Shown: positions 39,409 to 52,449 of the stretch, one piece after another
Position numbering within the stretch: the stretch's first letter is position 1
Layout of the letters: each line of letters starts with the position of its first letter
NCBI GenBank assembly: GCA_030704615.1
Contig: CM060732.1
Coordinates: forward strand, 65,782,001 to 65,846,000
DNA length: 64,000 nt
Reading direction: 5' to 3'
Source: Takakia lepidozioides
Taxonomy: Eukaryota; Plantae; Bryophyta
The notes under the pieces: model-generated
What the model saw: only the letters and a program-made list of their open reading frames with translations
Database searches by the model: none
Told to the model about the DNA's origin: nothing
Position numbers and translations under genes: made by a program

Positions 39409-42400
39409 GAGTGGGATGCCGGTAGAATTCTACAAATCACTCTAGTAGAAAATCGTTGGGGACTTCTGTGCCATGCCAATGCAATTAAGGATAAAGGGCA
39501 AATTCCAAAAGCCATGTCCCAGGGAGTGATTACATTGCTCTTAAAAAAAAAGGATAGGGCCAACATAGACAACTATAGGCTAATCACTCTACTCGACGTG
39601 GCCTATAAGATCATCGTCAAGGCCTTGGCCCTTCACATCCAGCCCCTCCTTCCATACCTCATACGAATAGGGCAGGCAAGTGTAACAGGGTAGAATCTAG
39701 AAGGTTCTAGATGAAGGAGGAAAGTTCCCTAGAAGTTTCCAGAATAATTAGGAAGGATCCTAAGAAGTTTGACTTAATGAAGTTTGACTTGAGGCTCTCA
39801 AGTCAAACCTCTAAGATATTCATATTATGGAGAATATGTCAAACCTAGGAAGGTTGACTTTAGGTTGTATCTTTGATAAAGTCATTGTGGAGAATATGTC
39901 AAACCTAGGAAGGTTGACTTCAGGAAGCTTTGACTTGAGGTACTAAAAGGGTATATAAACCTGCAATGAAAGCCTAGAAGACATCGAGTTGTTTTGGGAA
40001 AAAGTTGAGAAGTACTTCTATTCTAGTTTGTTTAGATCCTGGGTGTTACAATGGTATCAGAGCCTAGTCTTTCTTAAAGTTGGGAGTGAATACATTCTTT
40101 AGGAGGATTCGATTAAGATGGTTTTTTTTTTAGAGATTTTTGTTGTTAATATTTTTTTGTTGAATAGATAGTAGTGATAGTGCGTCATAACGATAGTATA
40201 AAAGTTTTATGGATTTAAATCAACCCCCTTTCCGTGATTTTCTTTCGGAGTGTGAGTTTAAAATTATATGTCGTCGTAAAGCAAAAATTAGAGATATGAT
40301 AATACAGAGATTTGGAGAGGGACAATATCAAGAAGTATTACAAAACTCATGGCCTGTCGTCTTTTCTATAATTAGAAATTGAAAGGTATATATATGTGTA
40401 TATACATAGTTCATGGATCGAGGTAGACATTTTCCGCCTAATTTCCACCGCCAAATGTATTTAGTATCAATGTGCGCGTCATCGACAAACATCATCTTGT
40501 AAGATTTTTAGTTGCAGAATTTGGAGTAGAATTCATGAACCTTGTCATGAGTTCAAACGTCCCTTTTGTATTACCAATAGTCACGTATGGGATGGTTTGG
40601 GATTGCACTATTTACATACTATATTATGATAAGAAAATATAGATAGTATACATTAATTTTAGAAGACAAACACCACGAAGGAAGGAGTAGTGGAAAGATG
40701 GTGGACAATGAAGAAATGGTGGACAACGCACACACTACTCATCAAGCCAATGATCAGACGGTGTGGATAATGGAGCGCTTACACGAATTGCAGAATGCTC
40801 TTGTTACGATCCAACAACAAAACAACATATTGATGGAGGAGCTTAAACAAGTGAGATAATCAACCGCCCCGGGACTGGTTGCTGATGGGTCGGATACGTT
40901 ACTGCAAAAGATGACCAAGACGTGCAAGGTCCAGCTGTATAAAGAAAGTCGCACCATGGGAGTGCTAGAAGGATGGATTTATCGAATGGAGGTACATCTG
41001 TCATATTTTCCTACATCAAACGATTTGAACCACGGAATGTTCATACGATCTTTTCTACTCGACAATGCTTCAACATGGTTATAGACATGGGAGAGAAGAA
41101 AATGAGAACATTTATTATGGAGCACCTTGAAAGCGGAACTGCTCCCACAATTCAAGGCAGTAGATGCGGTTACAACTGCTCGAATGAAATTATGGAATTT
41201 GGAACAACGCGGGAGTGTGCAAAATTACATTGAAGATTCTTTGAATCTTTAGGTCCAAATCGAAGACATGAGACCTGCAGAAGCTTTAGACAACTTCAAA
41301 AGAGGATTGAAGAAGAAAATTCAAGGAGAGGTAATTTTACGCAACCCGGTTGATGTCCACGAAACAATTTCATTGGCCCAAAAGATTGAAGGGACGCTAC
41401 CAAGATACGACGAAGGTATACACGTTCCATTGAACCAATACAGACCAACGCCTATGGAGCTTGGAAATCTTTGAAGACGGGATAACTTCCAATACTCTCA
41501 AAGAAATAGGCCGGGAATTAGATATGGGGAAGATAACACACATCGGCGAATGAAATTGAATGACAAGGATGTGACCTCCTCAACATTCTCACGAACAGAA
41601 GGACAAAGGGAAACTAGACAATGTTACAACTGTGGAGAATACGGACATCTTGCAGCCAACTGTTGAAGTGGAAGGTACAATCAACAAACTCATTGAAGAC
41701 CTTTTAACAGTTTAAGGAGAGGAGAAGATAACGAACATCACAATGAACAGGAAAACGAGGACAACCAGTAAGTAGACCTCGCGGTCTTACTGGTTCTACA
41801 AAGAAGATGAAAGGCGAGGGGCCCTACAAGGAAAAGAGGCAAATCAATCATGCGGGCAAGAAAGAGACACAGTTAATTGTGGCAGATGGAACCTTGGAAG
41901 GTATTCATGTGAGAGTGTTGATAGACCCTGGGGCAACATAAAACTTCTTATCTAGAAAGGCTGCCTTGAAACTAGGACTCCGCTTAGAAAATGATGAAAG
42001 AGATGAAGTAGAAATGTCAAATGGACATACAGAGGCCATTGAGACACTACCTAAAAACATAGAGTTGTCGATTGGTAAATATAAAGAAACTTTATAATAG
42101 CGAGTGGTCAGACTGGCTCGATATGACGTAATATTAGGCATGCCTTGGATGGAATCTCACAACCCTGATGTTGATTAGCGTCCAAAGATAGTCAAAACCC
42201 AGAAATTGAAACATATGGGGAGATCGAGTGAGTACACCATATCGAAACCTACCATCATTTGTTATAGGTATTACAGCTATATGTAAGAAAGACTTATTAT
42301 TTGTAGGTTTAATAAGAGACGTGGAAAAATCCGAAAAAAGACATGAGTGAGGTCCCTATAGAATTACAGAGTGTATTGAAAGAGTTCAAAGATATTTTTC

Positions 42401-45400
42401 GAGATGACCTACCATCACGGTTTCCGCCAAAGAGAAGAGTAAATCATAAGATTGAGGTTGTTCCAAGTAGTACTCCTTCTTGTAAAGTCTCTTATCGATT
42501 AGCACCAAACGAGTTGGAAGAATGTAAGGCTCAAGTCGAGGACCTACTATCAAAATGCTTTATAAGACCAAGTGTATCCCCGTATGGAGCAATGCGCATG
42601 TGCATTGATTATCGAGCACTCAACTAGCAGACAGTGAAGAACAAGTACCCGTTACCACGCATGGACAATCTATTTGACCAACTGCAAGGAGCAAAATACT
42701 TTACGAAGCTTAATTTGAGGAGTGGATACAACCAAATTCGAGTCGTTGATGAAGATGTATATAAGACCGCTTTCCGCACTTGGTATGGACATTTTGAATA
42801 CATGGTTATGCCATTTGGTCTCACCAATGCCCCAGCCACATTCATGGGCCTCATGAATTATATCTTTCGCCCATTCTTAGATAGATTTGTGATAGTCTTT
42901 TTAGATGATATTTAATCTATAGTAACAGACTTGTCGAGCATAGAAACCACCTCAAACAAGTATTACAAGTTCTCCGTGAGAATCAGCTATATGCCAAAGC
43001 ATCTAAATGTGAGTTTGGAAAACAAGAAATAAATTATCTTGGGCATCGCGAATTGAGGTGATGAGTGAGAAAATAGAAGCTATTCAGCAGTGGATAGCCC
43101 CTGAAGACATTACCCAATTAAGGAGTTTTATTGGCCTTACTGGATTCTACAGACGATTTGTACGAGCATTCTCAAAGATTGCCCAACCATTGACAAATCT
43201 TTTAGGCAAAGGAATTAGATGGAAGTGGGGTACAGAGGAGGAGTTAGCATTTCAGGTCTTGAAAGATGCGTTGCTTCATGCCCCGATCTTGAAATGATAT
43301 ATGATCCGACAAAACTAATCAAGCTCTCGGTAGATGCGTCAGGCTCAACAGTGGGTGGGGTGTTACAACAAGAATGGGAAGACGGATGGCACCCAGTGAC
43401 ATATTTTTCTCGCAAATTGTTACCTACAGAACAAAATTACCATACAACTAAACGAGAAGAATTGGCTATTGTTTTGGGTACAAAATATTGGAAGCACTAT
43501 CTTGGAGACAAAGAGTTCATAGTGGAGACAGACCATAAATTGTTGGTGTACTTGGAGACACAGAAAGATCTATCGAAGAGACAGATTCGTTGGGCGGAGT
43601 GATGACAACAATTTAACATGAAGATCGTCTATGTGGAGGGAAAACGGCAATTGGCGGATGCAATGACAAGGATGTCGTGCATGAACACATGGACAGAAAT
43701 CAACATTCAACTCAATTGGTAGAACAAGATAGCGATGGCTTCTAAAGATGATGGGGAGATCATGGACGCTAAGAAGAAGGGCAAAGTGACAGAAGTTCGA
43801 GGGTTGGTATTCAAAGAAGGTAAACTTTGGATCCCTGATGAACCTGCATTGAAGACAGAAGTCTTGTTTGAAGCTCATGATACGGCGATAGCAGGACATG
43901 TTGGAGTTGAAAAAACATTTGAACAACTAAAACGAACATTTTATTGGCCGCGGATGCGAGATGAGGTGGAGGCGTACGTTCGAAGTTGCATGAAATGTCA
44001 ACAAAACAAGTCAACAAACCGCAAGCCAGTAGATCTTTTACAACCACTACCAGTACCAAACAGACGTTGGGAACATATGAGCATGGATTTAGTTTGTGAG
44101 TTATCTCAAACCTCATCAGGATACGACACTATAGTGGTCTTTGTAGACAAATTGAGTAAGATGATACATATCCGTCCCACCAGAAAATCCGTCACTGTAC
44201 CCAAACTAGCCCGACTATATCTGGAAGCGGTCTATTCTCATCATGGGCTATCTAAAGTTCTCATTACTGACAGGGGTACCCAATTTACTAACTTGTTTTG
44301 GAAAAGCTTATTTGGTCTTTTAAAAACCAAATTAGCTATGTCAACAGCCTATCATCCGGAGTCAGATGGACAGACAGAGCGAACGAATCGTACAATTGAA
44401 GACATGTTGCGGGTCTTTACGTTAGAAGAACAAGAAGAGTGGGATTGGTTATTACCATTGGTAGAATTTTCATACAATAACTCGGTCAATGCGTCAACGA
44501 AAGAAACTCCTTTCTTTTTTATGTATGGCGAACATCCAAATGTGCCAACAACTCTTACAAAGTTCAAGTTACCAAATGATGAGTTATTCAAGATAGCCGC
44601 GACTAACGCATTTGTGCAACAAATTCGACGAGGAGTATGTCAAGAGAAAAAAAAACTGATGGTTGCTCAAAATCGCCAAAAGCAGTATGCAAATGCACGT
44701 TGATGGGATGAGGAGTTTGCAGTTGGGGATCAAGTGTGGTTGTCTACAACCAACTTACACATCATTGGATCACGAAAACTAGGGGCACGGTTCATTGGTC
44801 ATTTTTCGATCATTAAACGTATTGGAGCAGTAGTATACAAGCTGGAGTTACCACCACATATGAAGATCCACCCGGTGTTTCACGTTTCTCTACTACGCCG
44901 TTACGAACCTCGACCATCAATATTCAAAGATAATCAAGAACCACAACCTTTACCAGAGTTGATAGACGGAAATGAAGAGTGAGAGGTCGACCGTGTTCTG
45001 AAAAAATGCACATACAAACGAGGGCGACATGAGGTGTTGGAGTATTTGGTTTTATGGAAAGGATTTCCATTACATGAAGCTACCTGGGAACCAATGCAAA
45101 ATCTCGCGAATGCTCAATTGACAATTCAAGCTTTCGAAAATTCGAACAACGAGGACGTTGCTTCTTGAAATAGGGAAGGATTGTAACAGGGTAGAATCTA
45201 GAAGGTTCTAGATGGAGGAGGAAAGTTCCCTAGAAGTTTCCAGAATAATTAGGAAGGATCCTAAGAAGTTTGACTTAAGGAAGTTTGACTTGAGGCTCTC
45301 AAGTCAAACCTCTAAGATATTCATATTATGGAGAATATGTCAAACCTATGAAGGTTGACTTTAGGAAGTATCTTTGATAAAGTCATTGTGGAGGATATAT

Positions 45401-48400
45401 CAAACCTAGGAAGGTTGACTTCATGAAGCTTTGACTTGAGGCACTCAAGTCAAACCTTTAAAATAATCATATTGTGAATGGTATATAAACCTGCAATAAA
45501 AGCCTAGAAGGCATCGAGTTGTTTTGGGAAAAAGTTGAGAAGTACTTTTATTCTAGTTTGTTTAGATCCTGGGTGTTACAGCAAGATTTATTAAAGGAAG
45601 ATACATCCTTGATAATGTACTGCTGGCACAAGAGGCCTCCTCTTACGCCTCGGCTAATAACCAAGCCCTTGCCTTATGGCTTCTGGACTTCAAAAAGGCC
45701 TTCGACAGGGATTGGACGTTCCTAATGGCTGTCCTTCGTAAAACAGGGCTACCACCAGGGTTCTGTACATGGGTGGAAATCCTCATTTATCAATCCTCCA
45801 GCAGGGTGGTCATCAACGGACACCTTTCCAGGCCGTTCTCTCTCCATAGATTAGTGAGACAGGGGTGCCCATTAGCTCCCTTCCTCTTCCTTTTCGTGGC
45901 AGACACCCTAGGCTACCTTCTGGAGGAGAACTCCAATGTACAAGGCCTAAAAATTAAAAACCCTTCGAGCCAGCTCTGGATCCAGGTAAAAGATTCAATG
46001 TTTGTGGATGACACCTTTTTGCTTCTAGACGCCACTCCCACTACTCTCACAGCTGCAGAACAAATTCTGGCCCAGTTCTGTGCAGTCTCCGGATTCAGAG
46101 TTAATTGGTCTAAAACTAAGGCTATTCTGGTGGGAGACTCCTCACATTTAACTATTGGAGTTACCCCCTCCTGGGGGAGTAACTTTGGTCTGGAATGGCT
46201 CAAGCCAGGGGAACCTACAATGCTGCAGGGACATATCTTTGGCAAGGATCTCACCGACGATCAAAGGATGGGTCCCATCATTGCAAGGCTGAAACAGAGC
46301 TTAGCATATTGGGGCTCCCGATACCTTTCCATTACGGGCAGGGCTCTCACTGCGAACCAGATTTCGGAAGCAAGGATTTGGTTCTTTGCATCAACTTGGG
46401 GACCCACTTTGGAGTTCATCAAAGAGGCCAAAAGGTGTAGGTGCAAGTAGCACCACTCAAAACATTCGACCCCAGGTATCGTGGCGGCAGATCTGTCAAC
46501 CAAAAAAGAAGGGGGGTCTGGGGGTCTTGGACCTAGAGATGCAAATCCAAGCGCTTTTAGGGAAATGGCTACCTAGGTTCTTGGGGCCAGAGGGAGGATG
46601 GTGGAAACTCCTCGTCGAGGATTCAATAGCTTTCAGCTCTCCCCTCCTAAGCACCCACTGGAGGAAATCCCAAAGATGGATCACCCAAGCGTTCAATCAC
46701 AAATCCATGGGTTCGCCGCTATGGAAATCGATCTGGAAAGCCTGGAATCGGTTTAGACCTTTTCTGATCAAATCCAAACCAGCCACTTACCAGGAGACTA
46801 TGAGACAACACCTCTTTCTCAACAATCCAGCACCCAATCCTCTTGAGAGAAGCCAAGCAAGGAGATGGGGTGCTTGGGAAACTAGAGGTTTCTCTCAGAT
46901 AAAAGACCTATGGGACAGCACCCCTGACTCTCTCCACTCTGCCCTTGGAGCAAACAGACTTAATGTCGGGATCCAAACTGTTATCCAGAGCATCCCGGAC
47001 ACTTGGAAGATCATTCTTAGAGAGGGTAAGGACATTCACAAGCAACACCATTGGGTTACTACTCCGAACAAACCTTTCACAGTGATGCTTGTCACTGGCT
47101 CGAACTTAGATTCCATTGCAGACTATGGTTTCAGCGCATCACCCTTCTCGGGTCTCTTGAAGCTTTACTCCAACCAGCAGCTCACGACCAGCATGGTAGA
47201 AGTCTGCCCAGCTAGAGTGTGCCACTGGTCATCCAAAGACAAGGAAATGAACCCTCAACCCCCCAGTGACAAGCCATTGCAACATTGGTTCACCACAAAT
47301 ACATTTGCATGGATAGGAGGGAGACAGATCCAAGACCTGCAATTGGACCCGAGAGAATGGAAATGGAATCTAGATGGTTTTGTCTCCAACTTCTTTACCT
47401 ACTCTGCCAAGAAGGCATATAGATCCCTAAACAAGATTCCCTCAATGGCAGCGAAATGGAATGACAAATGGGGGAATGAGAACTTTCATGAGGAAAACTA
47501 GGATGCTATTTGGGCGTTGGTGTGGGAAAAGACCAAGCCAACCAAAATCAGCGCATTCTTGTGGCAGGTGGCCAATAGGGTGCTCAAGGTGGGCCAGGTT
47601 TTGAACTTCCAGGAGGCACTGCTCTGCACCTGCCGTCACCTTGGAACTCTTGAAACCCTTGAGCACTGTCTTCTCTCCTGTCAGGATCCCAGGCTTATCT
47701 GGCCCCTTGTGACCTCTTTTTACAAAATATGGGATGTGCTCCCTCTTCCCAATGTGGTCAAGCTTCTTAACTATGGCAGAACCTCTAAGTCCATTGCCTC
47801 TAAATGTCCAATCTATGAAACTCTCAGAGGGGCCACACTCTGGCACCTATGGAAAGCAAGATGCAGCTGGTCCTTTGATGGCACCAATACTACTGCCTCA
47901 TCACTACTTGCTAGGATATTTTTTGAACTTACCATAGCAGCTAAGCTAGCCTGGAGGAAGGTATGTGCAGGTATTGTCAAACACCCCGAGCGGCAATAAG
48001 TCCTCCTCGGCCAATTCCGATCATCTTGGGGGAAAGGAGGGCTCATCTGCTCATGCTCAGGTCCAGACTCCGTTGAATGGCCTCAGCAGGTCCCTCCTCA
48101 GTGGCGACACCAACAACCCCTGCTCTTCCGCTTCCCCCAAATTTGATAAGGTGGACATCAATTGGCCGAAACATATCAGGGCACAACCAAGACAAAGCTC
48201 TCCTACCTTAGATAGTTTTTTTCTCTTCACTAATCCCCCTTCTCTCTTTCTGGTTCACTCAACGTTATGATGGAGGTTCCTTCCCTCCTGAGTCACAGTT
48301 CTGTAATGTCTGTAGTTACACTGGTCATGCTAACCTAGAATCTGCCTCTAGGTTGTCAGAATATACTTTTTCAAGGTATGTAACTAGGAGTTTCTAGTTC

Positions 48401-48594
48401 CTGTCAACCCCTTCGCTTCGCAAAGGAAGTCTATTTTCTTCGGGGTATCCGTCATGGCTTGCCGTGCGTTAGAGCCTTATGGCGGCCATGTGCCTATAAG
48501 GGTTTTAATTTTTTTTTTCCCCTTCAATAATCAAAATAAATATATCCAGGGCCTCTGTTCCATGTTCACCCAAAAAAAGAAAAAAAGAAAAAAA
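39409..48594 (+). mobile_element. L1/Tx1-type LINE, 3' part (RT, zf-RVT, 3' UTR, poly-A), interrupted by a gypsy element
   Basis: SGMPVEFYK...NYRLITLLDVAYKI...GQA|RFIKGRYILDN joins across the gypsy. Also VRQGCPLAP, FVDD, PKKKGGLG and ETLEHCL. A-tail at 48572-48594, followed by TTACT. Confidence 0.9.
39681..45580 (+). mobile_element. Ty3/gypsy chromovirus, full length, degenerate
   Basis: LTRs 39681-40050 and 45182-45580 (TGTAAC...GTTACA). TSD GCAAG. PBS TGGTATCAGAGCC at 40052; PPT before 45182. gag CCHC, protease, RT ([17 protein letters not shown]), RNase H, integrase (AYHPESDGQTER) and chromodomain (EYLVLWKGFPLHEATWEP). Confidence 0.96.
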
Positions 48595-49039
48595 TTACTC
48601 TGAAGAGGTTTCAGGAAGAGCACTTCAGACCCCATGTCTACTCATTCGATGCAGACGTCTTGTTCACCTTGCGCACTCTTGTGAAGCACATGCCTCCAGG
48701 TTGTGAACCATGAACTCACCTTTCCTTGTCACCCATAGTAAATCCAAGGTGAGCAATGTGGTTCAAAACTGGTGTCAATGTTGGTACAAATGTCATTCGA
48801 GGCTGGTTGAAACATATGGCTAAAGTGGTAGGTGTTGAAGGTGATACAACTAATAAATCTGGAAGGGTAACCTCCATTACGAGAATGGCTGCCGCTCAAG
48901 TTCCGCAGGATGTCATGATGTCTGTGACAGGACATCGTGATGCAAAGACATTGGCCCGCTATGACAAAAGTGGGATGATAAAACATAAGGCAGCACAAGG
49001 CCTTAATCGGAACCCTTATGATCATATAACTGGCCAACC
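48595..49039 (+). pseudogene. Crypton-like tyrosine recombinase, C-terminal catalytic part (inside the inversion)
   Basis: WFKTGVNVGTNVIRGWLKHMA...TNKSGRVTSITRM...VPQDVMMSVTGHRDAKTLARY fits the DUF3504/Crypton-type recombinase C-terminus. Two in-frame stops lie upstream in this segment. Confidence 0.85.
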
Positions 49040-49345
49040 TGAAAACAATGAGTTGATCAAGTAACTGGAACACCAGAGGTGTGGATACGTATACAACGTT
49101 TGTCACACGGATAAGGACCACATGGGCCTTATCGCTAACTGTAATGAAGCTATAATTACTGATGCAAACGGTGGCCAGCTACTATCTAGATTTAAGGAGC
49201 GGTGCATTAACTAAGGCATGATCTAGTGGCACCACAACATGGGTGTGTTAATTCCAACACCTCCTCTCACACCCATCCTCCTCTCAATACTGAACTACTC
49301 TCTTGAGGTGCTCAGCCTGCTAAGAGAGACAACACCTAGCTTCTT
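49040..49345 (-). mobile_element. Displaced 3' end of the copia: RNase H tail, PPT and 220-bp 3' LTR
   Basis: Minus strand: KKLGVVSL, purine tract GAGAGGAGG, then LTR 49259->49040 (TGTTGGAATT...TTTTCA), homologous to 35073-35200. Followed by GGTTG (plus strand CAACC at 49035-49039). Confidence 0.9.
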
Positions 49346-51380
49346 CCCAGACTTGGTGTTTTGTTGTTGCTCATCTTGTTTAGTGCATCCTCAAGTTCCA
49401 TGGGGGTGAACTTTGTTTCCAAGAATGGAGAGTCCTCTCGGAGGAGCTTACAGGGAACCGCTTTCAAGCAGTTTTCCAGCCTGGAATGAAACTGGGCGTC
49501 TTTGGGATCTTCCTAGAAGAGGCTTTGAAAATGGGAAAAGGCTAATCTGCACATATGCTTAGGGTCAGATGTTTTTGAACCATGCTCGTCCGAGTAGAGC
49601 TCGTTTATCCTTTGGAGTGATCTACGGAGCTTGACTTTTTCGAAGAAGTATTTGGACATCTTTTAGCCCTTGGCAGACCAATTAATTCCTGCTTGCATCT
49701 GCATTTTCTGTTCTTGCATGAGCTGGAACACTCCAGATTCTGGCAGGCTTCAAGGTAGGTTTGGAAGGTGTGGTTATCACAGGATTTGGATTCTACACGC
49801 TTATGACATACCGCAAGGCATTTCTTGAGCGCCTGAACCTTTTGTTTCTGCTCCGAAGCAATCTGTCTGCTCAATTCGTGACTAGCTTTACTTGCAGCTT
49901 GTAACTTCTCTTGGAATCTCACTATTGGGCCTGGATGGTCATTACCATTATCGAGCCAGGCTTTTTCTAGCCATTGCTTGAATGAGTGGATTTTAAGGTG
50001 GTTGGTGTTAAGCTTGTAAACACCCCTGCCTTTTTTCCTAGCGTTTGGCATAGATAGGGTAGCAGAGACAGAGGCATGATCAAAACCTTGCGCCACTGGT
50101 TCTTGAGGACAAAGAGAGGCACTGTTTGATATTGACATAGAGATGTATATTCTATCTAGTCTGGCCATACTAAGGTCCTGGAGACATCGGTTGTTTGTCC
50201 ATGTGAATGAGGGACTGATCGTAGATTGGGTATTGAAAGAGTTGTGAATCTCAGTAAGACTATGGGTGTTCAGCAGTTGGTGCCAATGAATTTCTTCGTC
50301 AGGGGAGAGGTAAGGGGATCCAACACCCAATCGATCCAAGTTGTTTTCCACCATTTTAAAAGCCCCTGCCAGCACCCAAGAGTGAGTGGCCTTCTGGGAG
50401 GTCATTTTGAGATTAATGGTTTGCCAGAGATTTGAGCGTTCAGAGGAGATGTTGGGAGCGTAAATGTTGACTAACCCTATGGGATCTGGGTTGCTTGGTA
50501 GCTTCAAGGAGCAGAATTAGACTCTGCCTGGAACCCATATTTCATCAGCAACAAGGAAATTGAGGAGGGAGGGGGCAAGAAGGATGGCCATGCCACCCTT
50601 GGAGCCTTCGTATGAAGGCTTCCAGAGGGCTTCATTTTTGGGCCACAGTTGGTCCGAGAGGCTTGAAATTTTCCTTTGGCAGAGTTTATGTTCTTGAAGG
50701 AACACAATGGAGTCTGCTTGCAGGAGTGGGGCCATCCAGGTTCGGAGCTTTATTTTCTTGGTGGACATTTGCTCTGAACCTATCCCCCTTATGTTCCATG
50801 TTGAAAGACTAATCTGCATCGTTTGGGTTTGACAGGCTGAGAGGGTTGGTCTCAAATGATGGCCTGTTATGGAAGAATTTGAATTTGGAATGGTTGTCCG
50901 ACAGCAAAGTAGAGGAAACCTACTTGTGCTGAAGGGGAGCCTTAGGAACTGGGTGGTCGAGCTCTATAATGAGTACAAGGGTAGAAGGGAAGTTGGGGCC
51001 TAGATCAGGATGCGGGATTGGCTGAACTCTAGCCGAAGGGATTAAGGATGTGTAGGCTCTTTTGGGTCTAATAGGAAGGAGTTGGAGGAAGACGTCAGAG
51101 AGGAGAATCAGTTTCAGGGGTGTGGGAGTGCTAAAGGGTAGGTCCGGGCCTATGGGCAAAGAGAAGACTCCAACGTTAGGTGGACATTGGATGGAGGGAA
51201 GGATTTTCCCCCTGGTTTTGGAATCAGACTTGAGACAGAGAATTTTGCAAGAATTATGCCAGATGGCAGAGGGATAAAAGATGAGGAAAGGAATGGGGTT
51301 TTGATTAAAGACTTACGTGGTGATCAAGAGCTTGCACCGGCGCACGAGTGGGCGAAGGCAGCACTGATGTTGGCTGCAAC
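49346..51380 (-). mobile_element. L1/Tx1-type LINE, 5' part (APE endonuclease)
   Basis: TWNIRGI, VFLQEHK, VNIYAPN, FTW, ARLDRIY and FDH, running to DALNKMSNNKTPSL. The 5' edge is bounded by TTACT (plus strand AGTAA at 51381-51385). Confidence 0.9.
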
Positions 51381-52193
51381 AGTAACCTTGTAATTCTTGG
51401 ATAGCTTTTCATTATATCTGTATATTAACGCAACACAATTATTAGTCCTTCACGGTATAGATGAACATCGCACAAACTCATGTGTAGAGCAAAGCAGAAT
51501 CATTAAGGAATTTACTTCAGAAATTGTTGACCTCCATCATCAGTTCCAAGCTCAAAGTCACTGAGCAGCAGATGGTATAGCTCTAATGCCCCACAGATGA
51601 GAACATTGAAGCAATAGAAGGCAAATCACTTTTGGATACCCTGGGGGTGGGTAAACTTGATGGAGAGGATGAGTCAGTATCTTTATTTCACCATCACGAC
51701 TAATCCCATCTACTTTTCGACGTCCTTATTTGCACCAGCGTCTCTGAGATTTTATCATCGATCCCTTCACCGCTTTATTTGCTCCCAAGAAGAAATGATG
51801 TTGTTGAATGTTAAACCGTGGCTCTTCCACTCCAGTATGTAGAATTCTTCTTTCTTGATGGCAAACAAGCATTCTGTTGAAAAACATGTACAGATTCACA
51901 ATGCTATCACAAGGGTATCTCTCACCATTTTCCTTACAAACCATCAAGAAAAATCTGCTCAGGATGTGTCCGAGTTCTTGCAAAGAAATTTGTTCGATAT
52001 TGACATTAGTGTCCATCTGCTCATGAGGCCTCCAAGTGTTGAAGCCTTCAAGTGCTTTGGGTTGCTGGACATTCGTGAAAAATAGCAAAGTGGGCTTTTC
52101 TGGAGCAATGATTGGCCCTTCACGTGGGAGATTTGGAATTTCAAGTACTTTTGATTGCTGGAAATTCGCAAAAAATAGCAAAGTGGATATCAC
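51381..52193 (-). pseudogene. Crypton-like tyrosine recombinase, N-terminal part, with one intron (51418-51515)
   Basis: ELGHILSRFFLMVCKENGERYPCDSIVNLY...FNI, then FAFYCFNVLICG..ELYHLLLSDF...QFLK|YNEKLSKNYKVT. This reads in frame into LKRFQEE at 48600 once the LINE is removed. Confidence 0.8.
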
Positions 52194-52248
52194 AGTATAT
52201 TAAGCCTCGATAAGCGAGATTGAAAAAATAGCAAACTGGGCTTTCGGA

Positions 52249-52449
52249 TTGCACTTGGACTTAGGTGACATTGGATATGGAGGTCGCACTTGGGCCTCTA
52301 CATGGGAGATGCACATGGATATTACACTTGGGCCAATGGCACAGGCTACCCTAGATCTCCCAAACAGTGGGGTCTCTAGATACATAGGGGATTGCACTTG
52401 GACATAGATGACACTGGACACTTGGGCCAACGGCATAGGCTACCCTAGT
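52249..52449. repeat. Short direct repeats upstream of the recombinase gene
   Basis: GATTGCACTTGGAC occurs twice and CACTTGGGCCAAYGGCAYAGGCTACCCTAG twice (~52325, ~52420). Confidence 0.7.

Noticed and set aside
35073-49259. Giant TIR element bounded by inverted ~130-bp repeats
   Set aside because: The repeats are copia LTRs (TG...CA, PPT, 5-bp TSD) made inverted by the later inversion.
48595-49349. Phase-variation-like switch catalysed by the adjacent recombinase
   Set aside because: The recombinase copy was already disrupted by both insertions, and the breakpoints show only 5-bp microhomology with indels. Action in trans cannot be excluded but has no support.
39409-51380. Twin-priming 5' inversion of the LINE
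   Set aside because: The flipped segment also contains recombinase and copia sequence outside the LINE TSD, so it postdates insertion.
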